A stretch of DNA of 64,000 bases from a virus (lineage: Duplodnaviria > Heunggongvirae > Uroviricota > Caudoviricetes), in IMG/VR virus record IMGVR_UViG_2579778941_000001. One strand, written 5' to 3'. Below are positions 11,033-20,820 of this stretch, in pieces. The translations under genes and the position numbers were made by a program. A model generated the notes under the pieces. That model worked only from the letters and a program-made list of their open reading frames with translations, did no database searches and was not told where the DNA came from. Each line of letters starts with the position of its first letter. Positions within the stretch are counted from its first letter, which is position 1.

Positions 11033-11101
11033 TTAGGGTACATATTTTCGCCTTTAAAAAAAAGAGGTTATTAGATCCAATTGTGTATTTATTAAGCACA
11101 C

Positions 11102-11118
11102 AATGCTCTAATAAATTT
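11102..11118 (+). promoter_or_regulatory. C1 operator-like site upstream of the c4-icd-ant transcription unit
   Basis: AATGCTCTAATAAATTT, one mismatch to the operator consensus ATTGCTCTAATAAATTT. Confidence 0.5.
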
Positions 11119-11299
11119 GTATTTTTAAGTCGCGAATGCTATCTTTTCGCATCATATTGACCTTTTAATCGTTCAGGCTTATAGTTCCGCCGTCGTAGCA
11201 AATTCTGCGACCGGGTTTAGCAGCCTGAATGTTAGTGCGGACAACCGCAGATATCCGATATTGCGGTATTTTTGTGTCCGTAAAACCGCGTTACGCCCA

Positions 11300-11380
11300 A
11301 ATTATGGTGGGGCGTGATGGGGAGGCTTCGGCCTGCTGGTTTCACTAACGCCAGTCTGCTAACCCCGTCACGTCCTGCCA
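11300..11380 (+). ncRNA. c4: c4-type antisense repressor RNA (boundaries approximate)
   Basis: Segment contains TCACTAAC and CTGCTAACC, complementary to repeated target elements GTTTAGCAG and TGTTAGTG found upstream (11213-11236) and at the icd ribosome-binding region (11385-11418). Confidence 0.4.
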
Positions 11381-11432
11381 CCTGTTTAGCAGCGGGTAGC
11401 AGGTTGTTAAACCTGTTAGTGAGGCCGTAACT

Positions 11433-11654
11433 ATGGTTAATGCCAATCCTTGCGCACGCCAAGAATTCATCTGGCGTTTCTATTCCTGTAAAAAACACCA
11501 CTATCACTTCGTTATCGCAGCAACAGAAGACGAAGCACGCTCTCAATTGCCTGATGGCCCCTGCATTTTTACTGCCCGTTTTTCAACTAACTCGCGCAAT
11601 TCACTTAGTTACTGGAGCCTCCCCTTCTCTGCCGACGTTCAGGGGGGTTTATGA
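11433..11654 (+). CDS. icd: Icd-like small protein (inhibitor of cell division), translationally coupled to ant
   Basis: 73-aa ORF whose stop overlaps ant start in ATGA. Confidence 0.5.
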   Translation: MVNANPCARQEFIWRFYSCKKHHYHFVIAATEDEARSQLPDGPCIFTARFSTNSRNSLSYWSLPFSADVQGGL

Positions 11655-12685
11655 AAACACCTCTCGTCACCCGTAATGAAATAGCCGAAGCGATCGCCTT
11701 GCATACAATCTGTATGCCGACACGGGAGATCCCCGGCGCAATTGCCAACTATTTCATGATAACCAGGCGTTTTTATACCCGAACAGATAAGGCTGTGATC
11801 AACAGGCTACTGATAGCCGAGATCAGGGATTATTTGATTGAACAAGGACGTCTACGTTACGCAACAGTGGCAGCAGAAATGAGAAAGGAGGCACATAGAA
11901 TGACCGGTAATAATTTAAATGTTGAAAAACCAGCACCTGTTGCTTCAGCTACGCCAGCACCAGCCCTGAATGTCATCCCCAACACCGGAGACACAATCGA
12001 CAGCCAAACATTGTTGAAGATGGTCAATGAGGCACGGAAATTATGTAGCGAAAAACCAGTTCGCAACAATGATTTCATTGCCAGAGTTAAGGATGAGCTT
12101 GAAGGAGAAACCTACGAAATTTTCGTAGGTCAAAAAAACGGCGCAGAAATAGATATTATAACCATGACCTACAAACAAGCCCTGCGAGTTGCCGCGCGCG
12201 AGTCAAAAGCGGTCCGCCGTTCGCTGATCGACAAACTGGAAGAATTACAGCAGGCAAACTCCCCTACCCCATCGATCCCCCAAACATTACCAGAAGCCCT
12301 ACGCCTGGCTGCCGAGTTGGCAGAACAGAAAATGCATCTGGAACAACAGCTGGTGGCCGCAGCACCTAAAGTCGATTTTGCCGACCGGGTATCAGTGGCT
12401 AATGGAATCCTGATCGGTAACTTTGCAAAGGTCGTTGGACTTAAGCAAAACGCCCTTTTCTCATGGTTGCGCCAGAACGGCATTCTCATGGCTTTTGGTG
12501 CGCGCAAAAACGTACCGCGCCAGCAGTACATTAACGCCGGGTATTTCACGGTGAAAGAAGTGGTGCTGGATGATGAAAATGGCTATCAGATACGGCTGAC
12601 GCCACAATTAACGGGTAAAGGCCAGCAGTGGTTAACTCGCAAGCTACTTGATGCTGGTTTGTTAAAACCAGTAGCAATAGGTTAA
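11651..12685 (+). CDS. ant1: Antirepressor Ant
   Basis: 344 aa; C-terminal 110 aa (PEALRLAAELAEQK...GKGQQWL...LLDAG) is an antirepressor C-terminal domain also present in the adjacent KilA ORF. Confidence 0.65.
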   Translation: MKTPLVTRNEIAEAIALHTICMPTREIPGAIANYFMITRRFYTRTDKAVINRLLIAEIRDYLIEQGRLRYATVAAEMRKEAHRMTGNNLNVEKPAPVASATPAPALNVIPNTGDTIDSQTLLKMVNEARKLCSEKPVRNNDFIARVKDELEGETYEIFVGQKNGAEIDIITMTYKQALRVAARESKAVRRSLIDKLEELQQANSPTPSIPQTLPEALRLAAELAEQKMHLEQQLVAAAPKVDFADRVSVANGILIGNFAKVVGLKQNALFSWLRQNGILMAFGARKNVPRQQYINAGYFTVKEVVLDDENGYQIRLTPQLTGKGQQWLTRKLLDAGLLKPVAIG

Positions 12686-12763
12686 CAAAAGAAAAAAACC
12701 TGCCAGCAAACTGGCAGGTTTCTGAGCAGATCGTCCAACCCTATCTGGATCGAGTCAGAAAAA

Positions 12764-12780
12764 TTTGCTCTAATAAATTT
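12764..12780 (+). promoter_or_regulatory. C1 operator upstream of kilA-repL
   Basis: TTTGCTCTAATAAATTT match to operator consensus. Confidence 0.55.
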
Positions 12781-12849
12781 CGTTTTCTAAGTGCAAAGAA
12801 TCACCATTTCGAGCTGGTGATTGAAGGTTGATGCAAATTTGGAGAAAAA

Positions 12850-13650
12850 ATGCAACAAACATTCAATGCGGATATGAATATATCAAACCTTCATCAAAAT
12901 GTCGATCCTTCAACCACTCTGCCCGTTATTTGTGGTGTTGAAATTACGACCGACCGCGCTGGCCGTTACAACCTTAATGCTCTACACAGAGCGAGCGGAC
13001 TCGGTGCCCATAAAGCGCCAGCTCAATGGCTAAGAACGCTGTCAGCCAAACAGCTCATCGAAGAGCTTGAAAAAGAAACTATGCAGAATTGCATAGTTTC
13101 GTTCGAAGGCCGTGGCGGCGGCACTTTTGCCCATGAATTGCTCGCAGTGGAGTACGCAGGCTGGATTTCTCCCGCGTTTCGGCTGAAGGTAAACCAGACA
13201 TTTATCGACTATCGAGCCGGAAGATTACAACCTGCTATTCCGAAGAGCCTCCCAGAAGCTCTCCGTTTGGCTGCTGACCTGGCAGAGCAAAAGCAACGGC
13301 TGGAGCAAAAAATGCTGATGGATGCACCTAAAGTCGAATTCGCCGAACGCGTTGCTACCGCCAGCGGGGTTCTAATCGGCAACTATGCCAAAGTGCTCGG
13401 CCTGGGCCAAAACTATCTCTTCACCTGGTTGCGTGATAACGGAATTCTGATCGCAACCGGTGAACGTAGGAACGTCCCCAAACAAGAATACATATCCCGT
13501 GGGTATTTCACCCTTAAAGAAACCGTGATCGATACAAGCAATGGAAGCAGGATTTCTTTCACGACTCGTATAACCGGCAAAGGTCAGCAGTGGCTGATGA
13601 AGCGATTGCTTGATGCTGGTGTGCTGGTACCTGTCGCGGCAACGCGCTAA
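12850..13650 (+). CDS. kilA: KilA (KilA-N domain plus antirepressor C-terminal domain)
   Basis: 266 aa; N-terminal KilA-N-like region and C-terminal domain paralogous to Ant. Confidence 0.7.
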   Translation: MQQTFNADMNISNLHQNVDPSTTLPVICGVEITTDRAGRYNLNALHRASGLGAHKAPAQWLRTLSAKQLIEELEKETMQNCIVSFEGRGGGTFAHELLAVEYAGWISPAFRLKVNQTFIDYRAGRLQPAIPKSLPEALRLAADLAEQKQRLEQKMLMDAPKVEFAERVATASGVLIGNYAKVLGLGQNYLFTWLRDNGILIATGERRNVPKQEYISRGYFTLKETVIDTSNGSRISFTTRITGKGQQWLMKRLLDAGVLVPVAATR

Positions 13651-13679
13651 CAGACGTAGTAAGAACCACCAGCATTGTA

Positions 13680-14525
13680 ATGCTGGCTAAAGTCACTTTC
13701 CTGAGCTGTATAACGATGAGCGATTTTACTTTTTCTGGCTATGAATTGGCCTTCTTTGTAACACACTCCGGTCTATCCCGTAGCGCCGGGCATATCCTGT
13801 CGCAATGTGCAAATCTCGCGGCAACAACCAGTGAATACTTCATTCACAAGCCCCACCGCCTGATCGCGGCAGAAACTGGTTATAGCCAATCAACCGTCGT
13901 TCGTGCATTCCGTGAAGCTGTAAACAAAGGAATTCTATCTGTAGAGATTGTTATCGGCGATCACCGTGAACGTCGCGCTAACCTGTACCGGTTTACACCA
14001 TCCTTTTTGGCCTTCGCACAACAAGCCAAAAATGCGCTGATTGAAAGCAAATTAAAGATCTCTTCAGCGGCAACCAAGGTTAAAGCTGTTCTCGCTAAGA
14101 CATTGGCTTTATTTAATTTTTTATCCACACCCCCATGTCAAAATGATACCCCCTCCCCATGTCAGGATGACGTGGCAATAAAGAATAAGAAGTCACAAGT
14201 TAAAAAAACAAAAAGATCAGTTTCCGGCGGTGCCGGAACGATCAGACTCAAAAAATTGACTTCATGGATCGCTGAGACAAAAGCAAAGGCTGACAATCTG
14301 CGGTTATCCAAAAAACGCGCACAAAAACATGAGTTCAAGCAGAAAGTAGAGGCGGCAGCGCGGAAATATGCTTACCTGAAGAACAAGCGTTCTCCTGATA
14401 TTGGCGGGGTATCAAACTTCGATAATCTGCCGCATTGCATGACGGTAAACGAAGCTCTTAATGCGGTTTTAGCCAAAAATAAAGATAACGAACAATGGGG
14501 TATACCGGCAGGATTCAGAGGGTGA
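13680..14525 (+). CDS. repL: RepL lytic replication initiator
   Basis: 281-aa ORF directly downstream of kilA, matching P1 kilA-repL organisation and size. Confidence 0.65.
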   Translation: MLAKVTFLSCITMSDFTFSGYELAFFVTHSGLSRSAGHILSQCANLAATTSEYFIHKPHRLIAAETGYSQSTVVRAFREAVNKGILSVEIVIGDHRERRANLYRFTPSFLAFAQQAKNALIESKLKISSAATKVKAVLAKTLALFNFLSTPPCQNDTPSPCQDDVAIKNKKSQVKKTKRSVSGGAGTIRLKKLTSWIAETKAKADNLRLSKKRAQKHEFKQKVEAAARKYAYLKNKRSPDIGGVSNFDNLPHCMTVNEALNAVLAKNKDNEQWGIPAGFRG

Positions 14526-14821
14526 TAGATTGCTCTAATCTGGAGTTACCTGGCGTTTTCAGTTTGAGGTCGGAGATGCAATCTGATTTTTTACAGTTAG
14601 CGATCGCTTTTGCAGGATATGTTTGTATTGGCTTCTGTGTATACATGATCAGCCGAAAAATGCTTGTCGATATCGACCGCAAAGAACAAGCAGAGAAGAT
14701 CTTAGTATGGATTTTCTTTGGCGCGGTCTGGCCATTAGGGATCATGTTTGCTGCAACATTTCTTCTGATGTGGATATTCACCCTTCCAGGTGATTTCTAT
14801 AGAAAAAAAGCCAGACATTGA
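14495..14821 (+). CDS. Small membrane protein
   Basis: 108-aa ORF with two hydrophobic segments; start uncertain. Confidence 0.35.
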   Translation: MGYTGRIQRVIDCSNLELPGVFSLRSEMQSDFLQLAIAFAGYVCIGFCVYMISRKMLVDIDRKEQAEKILVWIFFGAVWPLGIMFAATFLLMWIFTLPGDFYRKKARH

Positions 14822-14884
14822 TACAATCGTTGCGGGTGCTTGAGGCTATCTGCTTCAGGCATTACCCGAAAAGCAGATAGAAGA

Positions 14885-14955
14885 AAGCCCCAGATAACAT
14901 TACGCGTCCTGCAAGACGCTTAACATTAATCTGAGGCCATATCTATGCTTAGCAT
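14885..14955 (-). ncRNA. Candidate Sok-like antisense RNA (position inferred, not resolved)
   Basis: Inferred from hok/mok architecture; antisense to the mok translation initiation region. Confidence 0.25.
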
Positions 14956-15151
14956 ACGTAGATTAGCCTCTTACCGACCAAAAGGTCAAGGAGAAGCAGG
15001 CTATGAAGCAGCAAAAAGCGATGTTAATCGCTCTGATCGTCATCTGTTTAACCGTCATTGTGACGGCACTGGTAACGAGGAAAGACCTCTGCGAGGTACG
15101 AATCCGAACCAGCCAGACGGAGGTCACTGTCTTCACAGCCTACGAATCTGA
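14945..15151 (+). CDS. mok: Mok-like overlapping reading frame (modulator of killing)
   Basis: 68-aa ORF overlapping the hok frame, as in hok/mok/sok loci. Confidence 0.5.
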   Translation: MLSIRRLASYRPKGQGEAGYEAAKSDVNRSDRHLFNRHCDGTGNEERPLRGTNPNQPDGGHCLHSLRI

Positions 15152-15158
15152 AAGGTAA
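15003..15158 (+). CDS. hok: Hok/Gef-family type I toxin
   Basis: 51-aa ORF MKQQKAMLIALIVICLTVIVTALVTRKDLCEVRIRTSQTEVTVFTAYESER; near-identical pattern to Hok/Gef toxins; below the 60-aa ORF-track threshold. Confidence 0.85.
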   Translation: MKQQKAMLIALIVICLTVIVTALVTRKDLCEVRIRTSQTEVTVFTAYESER

Positions 15159-15232
15159 GAGACCTGGCGGGGAGAGATCTCCGCCACTCTTCGTGTGTCA
15201 GGTATCCTCAATGCACCCTTTCCTCTCCAAAT

Positions 15233-15259
15233 AAAAAAGCTCCCGAAGGAGCTTTAAAA
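15233..15259. terminator. Bidirectional rho-independent terminator
   Basis: AAAGCTCC-CGAA-GGAGCTTT hairpin flanked by A and T runs, between convergent genes. Confidence 0.55.
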
Positions 15260-15274
15260 TACAAGGGATGACTC

Positions 15275-15784
15275 TTAATCCCACTCAATCCAGTTGTAGA
15301 CGATACGAAGTGACGGGCGCACAGCGGCAGTCACATCTTCGGTACTAAAGTCGATTGCATCACTGTAGATTTTGCAGTCCAACATTTCAATTGTTGTAGC
15401 AGCTTTTGTCACAGCGTTAACCCCGGAAGATTTGGATTCAGGGGTCGCAGCCATCGTGATATCAACATAGTCCTTCGCCGCAATGCGATCTTTAATGAAC
15501 TGAAGAATATCGCCTTCGATAGTCTCCACGCACTGGACCTGGATTTCCCCAGAGTTTCGAATTGGACCGTGCTGGTTGAACTTCACACCATTCGGACCAT
15601 AGTCCTCCACATCCTCGCGGGTCATTTCAGGAATTTGCGACGTGCGAACCAGTACGCTGATATCTTCATGGCCTGCAAAAGTGAGCTGGAATTCAGAAGA
15701 TACCAGTCGTTCGCCTTTGGCCGCGTTGGCAGTATAGCGGCCCTTAATAAATTTACGGTTTCCCTTAGTGTTATTGTGCCCCAT
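15275..15784 (-). CDS. Phage structural/morphogenesis protein
   Basis: 169-aa ORF, last gene of a five-gene reverse-strand structural operon. Confidence 0.4.
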   Translation of the reverse strand: MGHNNTKGNRKFIKGRYTANAAKGERLVSSEFQLTFAGHEDISVLVRTSQIPEMTREDVEDYGPNGVKFNQHGPIRNSGEIQVQCVETIEGDILQFIKDRIAAKDYVDITMAATPESKSSGVNAVTKAATTIEMLDCKIYSDAIDFSTEDVTAAVRPSLRIVYNWIEWD

Positions 15785-15795
15785 ATAAAATCCTT

Positions 15796-16377
15796 TTACT
15801 GGAACGCCCGAACAATATCGGAGCTGTTATATATCGAAGAACCGGTCAACTGGAGGTTGACGGTGTTTTTCAGGAAATGCCCATTGCTGTCCCTGGGCGC
15901 ATCGAGATCGAAACTTATGTCCTGGATAGCGACATCAATGATGTTGATCCGGCGACCAATGTTTAGCGTCACACGCTCCGGGATTCGACCACCAATACTG
16001 GCATCTTTGAGTTCCGGGCTAATCATCGCTGACAATGCGGCGATAGCTCCTGAAACCTCCGTGAATGGGTCAAACAAAGCGATGAAAGTTACTGGCAGCG
16101 TGAAAGTCGGCGGTGTTCCCCCTTCCCAAACCATTAAGCTGTTCCAACGAGCAACAGACGTTGTTTCAGTACCAACCTGCGCAAAACCACTGAAGGCACC
16201 AGCAACAGAACCCATGGACATACCAGTAAAAGGTGCTTCCCAATTCTGGGCCATGTTCATTGCCGCCCCCTGGCTGATATATCCGGTAACCTGGTACTGA
16301 GAGTTCGTTAAAGTAACTTTCAGAAATGGCGATACACCGTCAGCCTGGCTGTAAACCCCATAAGGTATAGGTGCCAT
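15796..16377 (-). CDS. Phage structural protein
   Basis: 193-aa ORF in structural operon. Confidence 0.4.
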   Translation of the reverse strand: MAPIPYGVYSQADGVSPFLKVTLTNSQYQVTGYISQGAAMNMAQNWEAPFTGMSMGSVAGAFSGFAQVGTETTSVARWNSLMVWEGGTPPTFTLPVTFIALFDPFTEVSGAIAALSAMISPELKDASIGGRIPERVTLNIGRRINIIDVAIQDISFDLDAPRDSNGHFLKNTVNLQLTGSSIYNSSDIVRAFQ

Positions 16378-16412
16378 TCAAGTTAAAGGCCGGAGTTCTC
16401 CGGCCTCCTCCT

Positions 16413-17228
16413 TTAGCCGAGGCGCTTACGGCGCAGTTTCATTGACTTTTTGCGGGCCAGTTTTGCCGCGCCGGTCTGGGCTTTACGACGCGCTTTTTTC
16501 AGCGCCGATTTTTGAGCCGCAGTCAGACGTTTTTTACGCAGACGTTTACGGATGAGCTTGATCTCACCGTTACGAACAACCTTCTTAAATGCTTCAGTCA
16601 GCATTTCATCAGAAGTGCCAGCAACAACAAACGCCGCTTCCAGTTCGTCGCGGTCGTCGCTATCCAAACCAGCGATAGCGGAACCAACATCAGCAGCTGC
16701 GTCGTCGTCTTCATCGTCGGCCAGTGCTTCGATCAGGTCATCATCTACACCGCATGCTGCGAGGAAGTCAGCAACATTTGCCCATGCTTCGTTATAGGCA
16801 TCGTCCTGTTCTTCTGTAACTTCGGAGTCGTCGTCATCAGAGATACCAGCGATAGCCTGAACGAAACCATCAAGGGAGTCGAAAGTCAGATCGCCGCTAT
16901 CAGCCCAGGAGAAAACGGCGTCGGCCGCATCACTCAACGCATTCTGCATAGCACTTCGATTTGCAGCTTCCAGAATCATCTGGTGCGCCTGTTCGACGGT
17001 CCATTCTTTACCGTCTTTCCCTTCCAGGATTTGCTCTGGAGCCGGGGCAGATGGAACGTTATCGTTAGTCTGTGCCGCCGGTTCCGGATTATTATTAATA
17101 ACCAGATCTGTTGGCGGTTCGGCGCTTGCTCGGGCAGACTCCATCAGCTGCACAGGATCAGAGTTCAAAGCGAAACGGGACAGTCCATTCCCCAAAAATG
17201 CCCCGGATTGAAAAAAGTTTTTGCTCAT
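16413..17228 (-). CDS. Acidic protein with polybasic C-terminal tail (candidate scaffold or internal head protein)
   Basis: 271 aa; long Asp/Glu-rich tracts followed by a 45-aa Lys/Arg-rich tail. Confidence 0.4.
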   Translation of the reverse strand: MSKNFFQSGAFLGNGLSRFALNSDPVQLMESARASAEPPTDLVINNNPEPAAQTNDNVPSAPAPEQILEGKDGKEWTVEQAHQMILEAANRSAMQNALSDAADAVFSWADSGDLTFDSLDGFVQAIAGISDDDDSEVTEEQDDAYNEAWANVADFLAACGVDDDLIEALADDEDDDAAADVGSAIAGLDSDDRDELEAAFVVAGTSDEMLTEAFKKVVRNGEIKLIRKRLRKKRLTAAQKSALKKARRKAQTGAAKLARKKSMKLRRKRLG

Positions 17229-17237
17229 TGTATTCCC

Positions 17238-18827
17238 TTACTTAATAAGCAGCGGTACGCCCTGGATACGACGGGCTACGCCAGTCGGGCAGCAGGCCCA
17301 GACTACTTCCCATTTATCGAATTCCGCCTGCGTAACTTTCAGCACATACGGTTCTGTACCGTCAGCATCGGGATCACGAGGAGCCACCAGAGCGCCGGAG
17401 GCGACAAAGCGATCTAAAAGTTTGGTCATCCCTTTAGTCAGGCCAGCCGCAGTAATACCGTCCGGGCTATGCTTCATCTGTCGGGCTAACTGGACAAAGA
17501 AACGACTGATTGCATTCATCAGGGATGGGACGTGCTGGAAGTGCAGATAGTTATCCTGCGTGCAGCAAGTTAAAGCATCGTCGATGATCATCTGGCCAGA
17601 GGTGCCAACAGATACTTTATTGAGACGGCCCTTGACCATTGCTTCTTCGTCCGGGGTATCTTCCGGATACAGCGGTTGAATTGACGCACGAGCAATGACG
17701 GCACGTTCTTCACCAGCCGGTGAGTAATGCCAACCGCCGACATCAGAGTTTTTCTTGACGCCACGAGCTTTCGCCGCATACGCCGCGCCAGACAGACCGA
17801 AGACCACACGGGATTGGGTCCATTTGTCTTTGCAGGAGAACGGGTAGTGATAGACAGAACAGCTTACATAATCGGTACCAAGTAAACCGGTACCCTCAAC
17901 AGCTGTTAGTGCTTCTGCGTACCTTAATGTCGGTTTGACATCAAAGAAGCCATCAATCAGGCGATCTGCACAGATTTTACCTAATGCGGTGATAGCCGCA
18001 TTGTCATAGCAGCCCAGGCCAAGAACAGCGGTGTACATGTACGGCGCATTATTCAGCACTTTAACCGCACGCAGGTAAGCAGCGGTTGAGATTTTCGACT
18101 GATCGCCATTGGTACCGCCAGTGAATGCCACCGATTTTTTATTTGTTACTTTCGCTGTAGAAATCAGCTCTTCATTAACAACCGCACGCAGATATTTAGA
18201 ACGGGCTTCCAGAGCCGTAGGCAGATAACACAAGCGGCCCATGTCATCTTTCGCTTCTTCCGCCAAAGACACAGTGTGTGTCTCCAGGGTCGTTACCACA
18301 CCGAGCGAAGTCGTCTGGGTCAGTTTTAAGAGGAAGCGTTCATTACCCGCGCTGTCCGCTGTTGCCGTTTCGATGGTTAACTCACGGGTAGGTGAAATAC
18401 ACGGATCACCATCATCAACGTAGATAGCAAAGGCTTCGCCGCTATCAAGTTCAATTTCAGAACCGTATGGCAACGCACTGTTAGCCGGTTCGCCTGATTC
18501 ATCGAACATAATAATCGGGAACTTCGCATCATCCGGAACAGCACGGACAACATAACCAGACGTTTGCTGAATAGCTTCGTACACATGGCGAATTGGTTCA
18601 AACTGTGAGCCGGAAGACGGCTTCAGCGGTTCGCCAAGAACATCTTCGTAATTGGACTCAGTAACCGCAAGAACAGTAAACGGCTTGCCACGCGCAAATA
18701 CGCCAATACCAGCCCACAAGCTGCTATTTAATGCAACACCGGTAGATAACGTCGCATCGGCATTGATCGGGCTAACCGCGACGCCGGATGCATTACCTAA
18801 TGACTGTTGAATTGAATATTGAGACAT
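17238..18827 (-). CDS. Major structural protein (candidate tail sheath)
   Basis: 529-aa ORF in structural operon; assignment by size and position only. Confidence 0.35.
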   Translation of the reverse strand: MSQYSIQQSLGNASGVAVSPINADATLSTGVALNSSLWAGIGVFARGKPFTVLAVTESNYEDVLGEPLKPSSGSQFEPIRHVYEAIQQTSGYVVRAVPDDAKFPIIMFDESGEPANSALPYGSEIELDSGEAFAIYVDDGDPCISPTRELTIETATADSAGNERFLLKLTQTTSLGVVTTLETHTVSLAEEAKDDMGRLCYLPTALEARSKYLRAVVNEELISTAKVTNKKSVAFTGGTNGDQSKISTAAYLRAVKVLNNAPYMYTAVLGLGCYDNAAITALGKICADRLIDGFFDVKPTLRYAEALTAVEGTGLLGTDYVSCSVYHYPFSCKDKWTQSRVVFGLSGAAYAAKARGVKKNSDVGGWHYSPAGEERAVIARASIQPLYPEDTPDEEAMVKGRLNKVSVGTSGQMIIDDALTCCTQDNYLHFQHVPSLMNAISRFFVQLARQMKHSPDGITAAGLTKGMTKLLDRFVASGALVAPRDPDADGTEPYVLKVTQAEFDKWEVVWACCPTGVARRIQGVPLLIK

Positions 18828-18887
18828 AACTTTCCCTGTTATGCGCCCCGCGCGGGGGCGCTATGTTAAACGGAGAGCTTCCCCTGA

Positions 18888-20615
18888 TTACTCAGAGTCA
18901 CCAGCATCAATCGTGTTACCGGTCAGGAAGTTAATTCCGCCATTTTTTGCCATAGTCAGAGTTACACGGGTGAAGTAGTCAGCACCGTTGCGTGGATGCA
19001 TATCGTTGATAGCCGAACCCCACAGAGTGGTTCGGTTGACTAGTGCCGGGGTGGTCGGATGCTGGAATGGGACAGCCGGGACTGCATCACCAGTTACGAA
19101 GCCCGCTTTGCCCGGATTTTCATCACGGACGTAGCACAGCACATCCATTGGGCTGAACTGGATACCGTCGGCGGTCAGGTTCGTACAAATACTTTCTGGT
19201 ACTTCGAACACTTTGACGTTGCCGAACAGAGTGCCAATGTAGTGGACGTATGGGGTCTGGATGTAATCTTCTGCTGGCTGGAAGAAATCCTTCGGCAATT
19301 GTTTGAAGAAAGATGCCGCATCAGCACCGGCATACATCCCCATCGCACCAGAAGATTTAACACGCTCAATAATACCGCGATATACCGTCTGGAATTTGCC
19401 TCGAATGATGGTTGCCCACACATCAAAGGTCTGGTTAGCTGGTAGTGCAATATCAAAGGAGTCGGTCGCAAGAGTTCGCCAAATCATGATACGAAGACGA
19501 AGCATATCTTGCTCATGGGACAGGTATTCCTTCAGGGTGCGGAACTGTAGGGAGCCAAGATCCAGACCAAATTCACGCTGTGCTTCATACGCCGCCTGTA
19601 CCGTGTGCTCAGCCGCGATGACGAACTGGTTTGGGAACAGGGTGTAACTCTTCATTTCGTGGTTGATAAGTGGGATCAGCTCAGGAGCTGCTTCTATATT
19701 GATCTCCGCCTCAATGGCGATCTCAGTGCCTTTATCCGGCGCTTTGGAGAACGACAGGGCAATCTGACCAACGTTGTAATTCAAAGAGCAAGTAACAGTG
19801 ATTTGTTCGCCTGCTTTGTTATTGAATGTGTGAAGCAGAGTACCGGAGCCGTTATCAACAACAGACTTAATACGGTTAACGTAGATGTTTGTGCGACCTT
19901 TGCGAATCGGGACACTCTGACCTTCGACATCTTCCATCTTGAAGGTTGCAGTTTTGCTGGTGCCGTCGGAGCTTGCAACCAGCACATAGCGGCGGCGCAA
20001 CTGGCTGTACACGCCAACGGATTGCATGTCCAGAACATCACCAATAGCATAGGAGCCAAAAGAAGAACCCGCTACGTTAAAGATTTCATAGATTTCGGAC
20101 TTGTCACGCGTAACCGGAATGAATGTACACGCATCAGCGGTAGCTGCCCCCAACTGAACAGGCAGGATCATCGCCAAGAATAAAGGCAGACGCATAACCC
20201 CGTCAGAAACACTCATCATCTCTGCCGCGACTGATTCCAGCATCGCTTTATTGGTGGCGTCCATGCTATTGCGGGTGGACTCAATCAGGCAGTTTTCCAG
20301 CGTCTGATGGCAGGAGGCCAGAATTTCCGGACGTGGCATAGATTTATGTGTTGCGGCGTAGTCAGCCAGTGCACTTGCCCACGCTGTAGCGATTTGAGCG
20401 GTGGCATTATCAGAGATACCCGCAAAAATTGGGTCTTTACGTGCAGCTTCAAGGATAGATGCGGCACGCGCGGCATCATCTTTAATGAATTGGTTATCAG
20501 TACCGAACTGCGCAGTGCTTGCCCAGCCAAGCACAGCTTTAGAGCGTTTTGCGATATCTGCAATACGATTCTGGTATTCGCGTAAGTTACTCAATTTACT
20601 CTTCCTTAAACACAA
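18888..20615 (-). CDS. Major structural protein (candidate major capsid precursor)
   Basis: 575-aa ORF adjacent to the par locus; assignment by size and position only. Confidence 0.35.
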   Translation of the reverse strand: MCLRKSKLSNLREYQNRIADIAKRSKAVLGWASTAQFGTDNQFIKDDAARAASILEAARKDPIFAGISDNATAQIATAWASALADYAATHKSMPRPEILASCHQTLENCLIESTRNSMDATNKAMLESVAAEMMSVSDGVMRLPLFLAMILPVQLGAATADACTFIPVTRDKSEIYEIFNVAGSSFGSYAIGDVLDMQSVGVYSQLRRRYVLVASSDGTSKTATFKMEDVEGQSVPIRKGRTNIYVNRIKSVVDNGSGTLLHTFNNKAGEQITVTCSLNYNVGQIALSFSKAPDKGTEIAIEAEINIEAAPELIPLINHEMKSYTLFPNQFVIAAEHTVQAAYEAQREFGLDLGSLQFRTLKEYLSHEQDMLRLRIMIWRTLATDSFDIALPANQTFDVWATIIRGKFQTVYRGIIERVKSSGAMGMYAGADAASFFKQLPKDFFQPAEDYIQTPYVHYIGTLFGNVKVFEVPESICTNLTADGIQFSPMDVLCYVRDENPGKAGFVTGDAVPAVPFQHPTTPALVNRTTLWGSAINDMHPRNGADYFTRVTLTMAKNGGINFLTGNTIDAGDSE

Positions 20616-20724
20616 GGCACTTGTGTGAATCCCTTTTCGGAAGAGATTTTATTGAAAGTCACTTGTTGACTTTCTCGTGACAAGCAATTTTTTTATTTTT
20701 TTTCGGGAGTAGGGGAGGAAGGTA

Positions 20725-20820
20725 AAATCCAAGGTGAAATCGTGGCGATTTCACCTTGAAATTTTAGAGTGATTTACTTTAAAAACAGTAGGTTAATAGT
20801 GAAATTTGAATGGCGAAAGT
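20725..20820. promoter_or_regulatory. parS centromere
   Basis: GTGAAAT-CGTGGCGA-TTTCAC box arrangement, A/T-rich central region and second GTGAAAT...TGGCGA set, immediately downstream of parB. Confidence 0.65.

Noticed and set aside
16512-17417. 301-aa forward ORF
   Set aside because: Antisense to two well-supported structural genes, low-complexity Ser/Ala-rich translation, no RBS.
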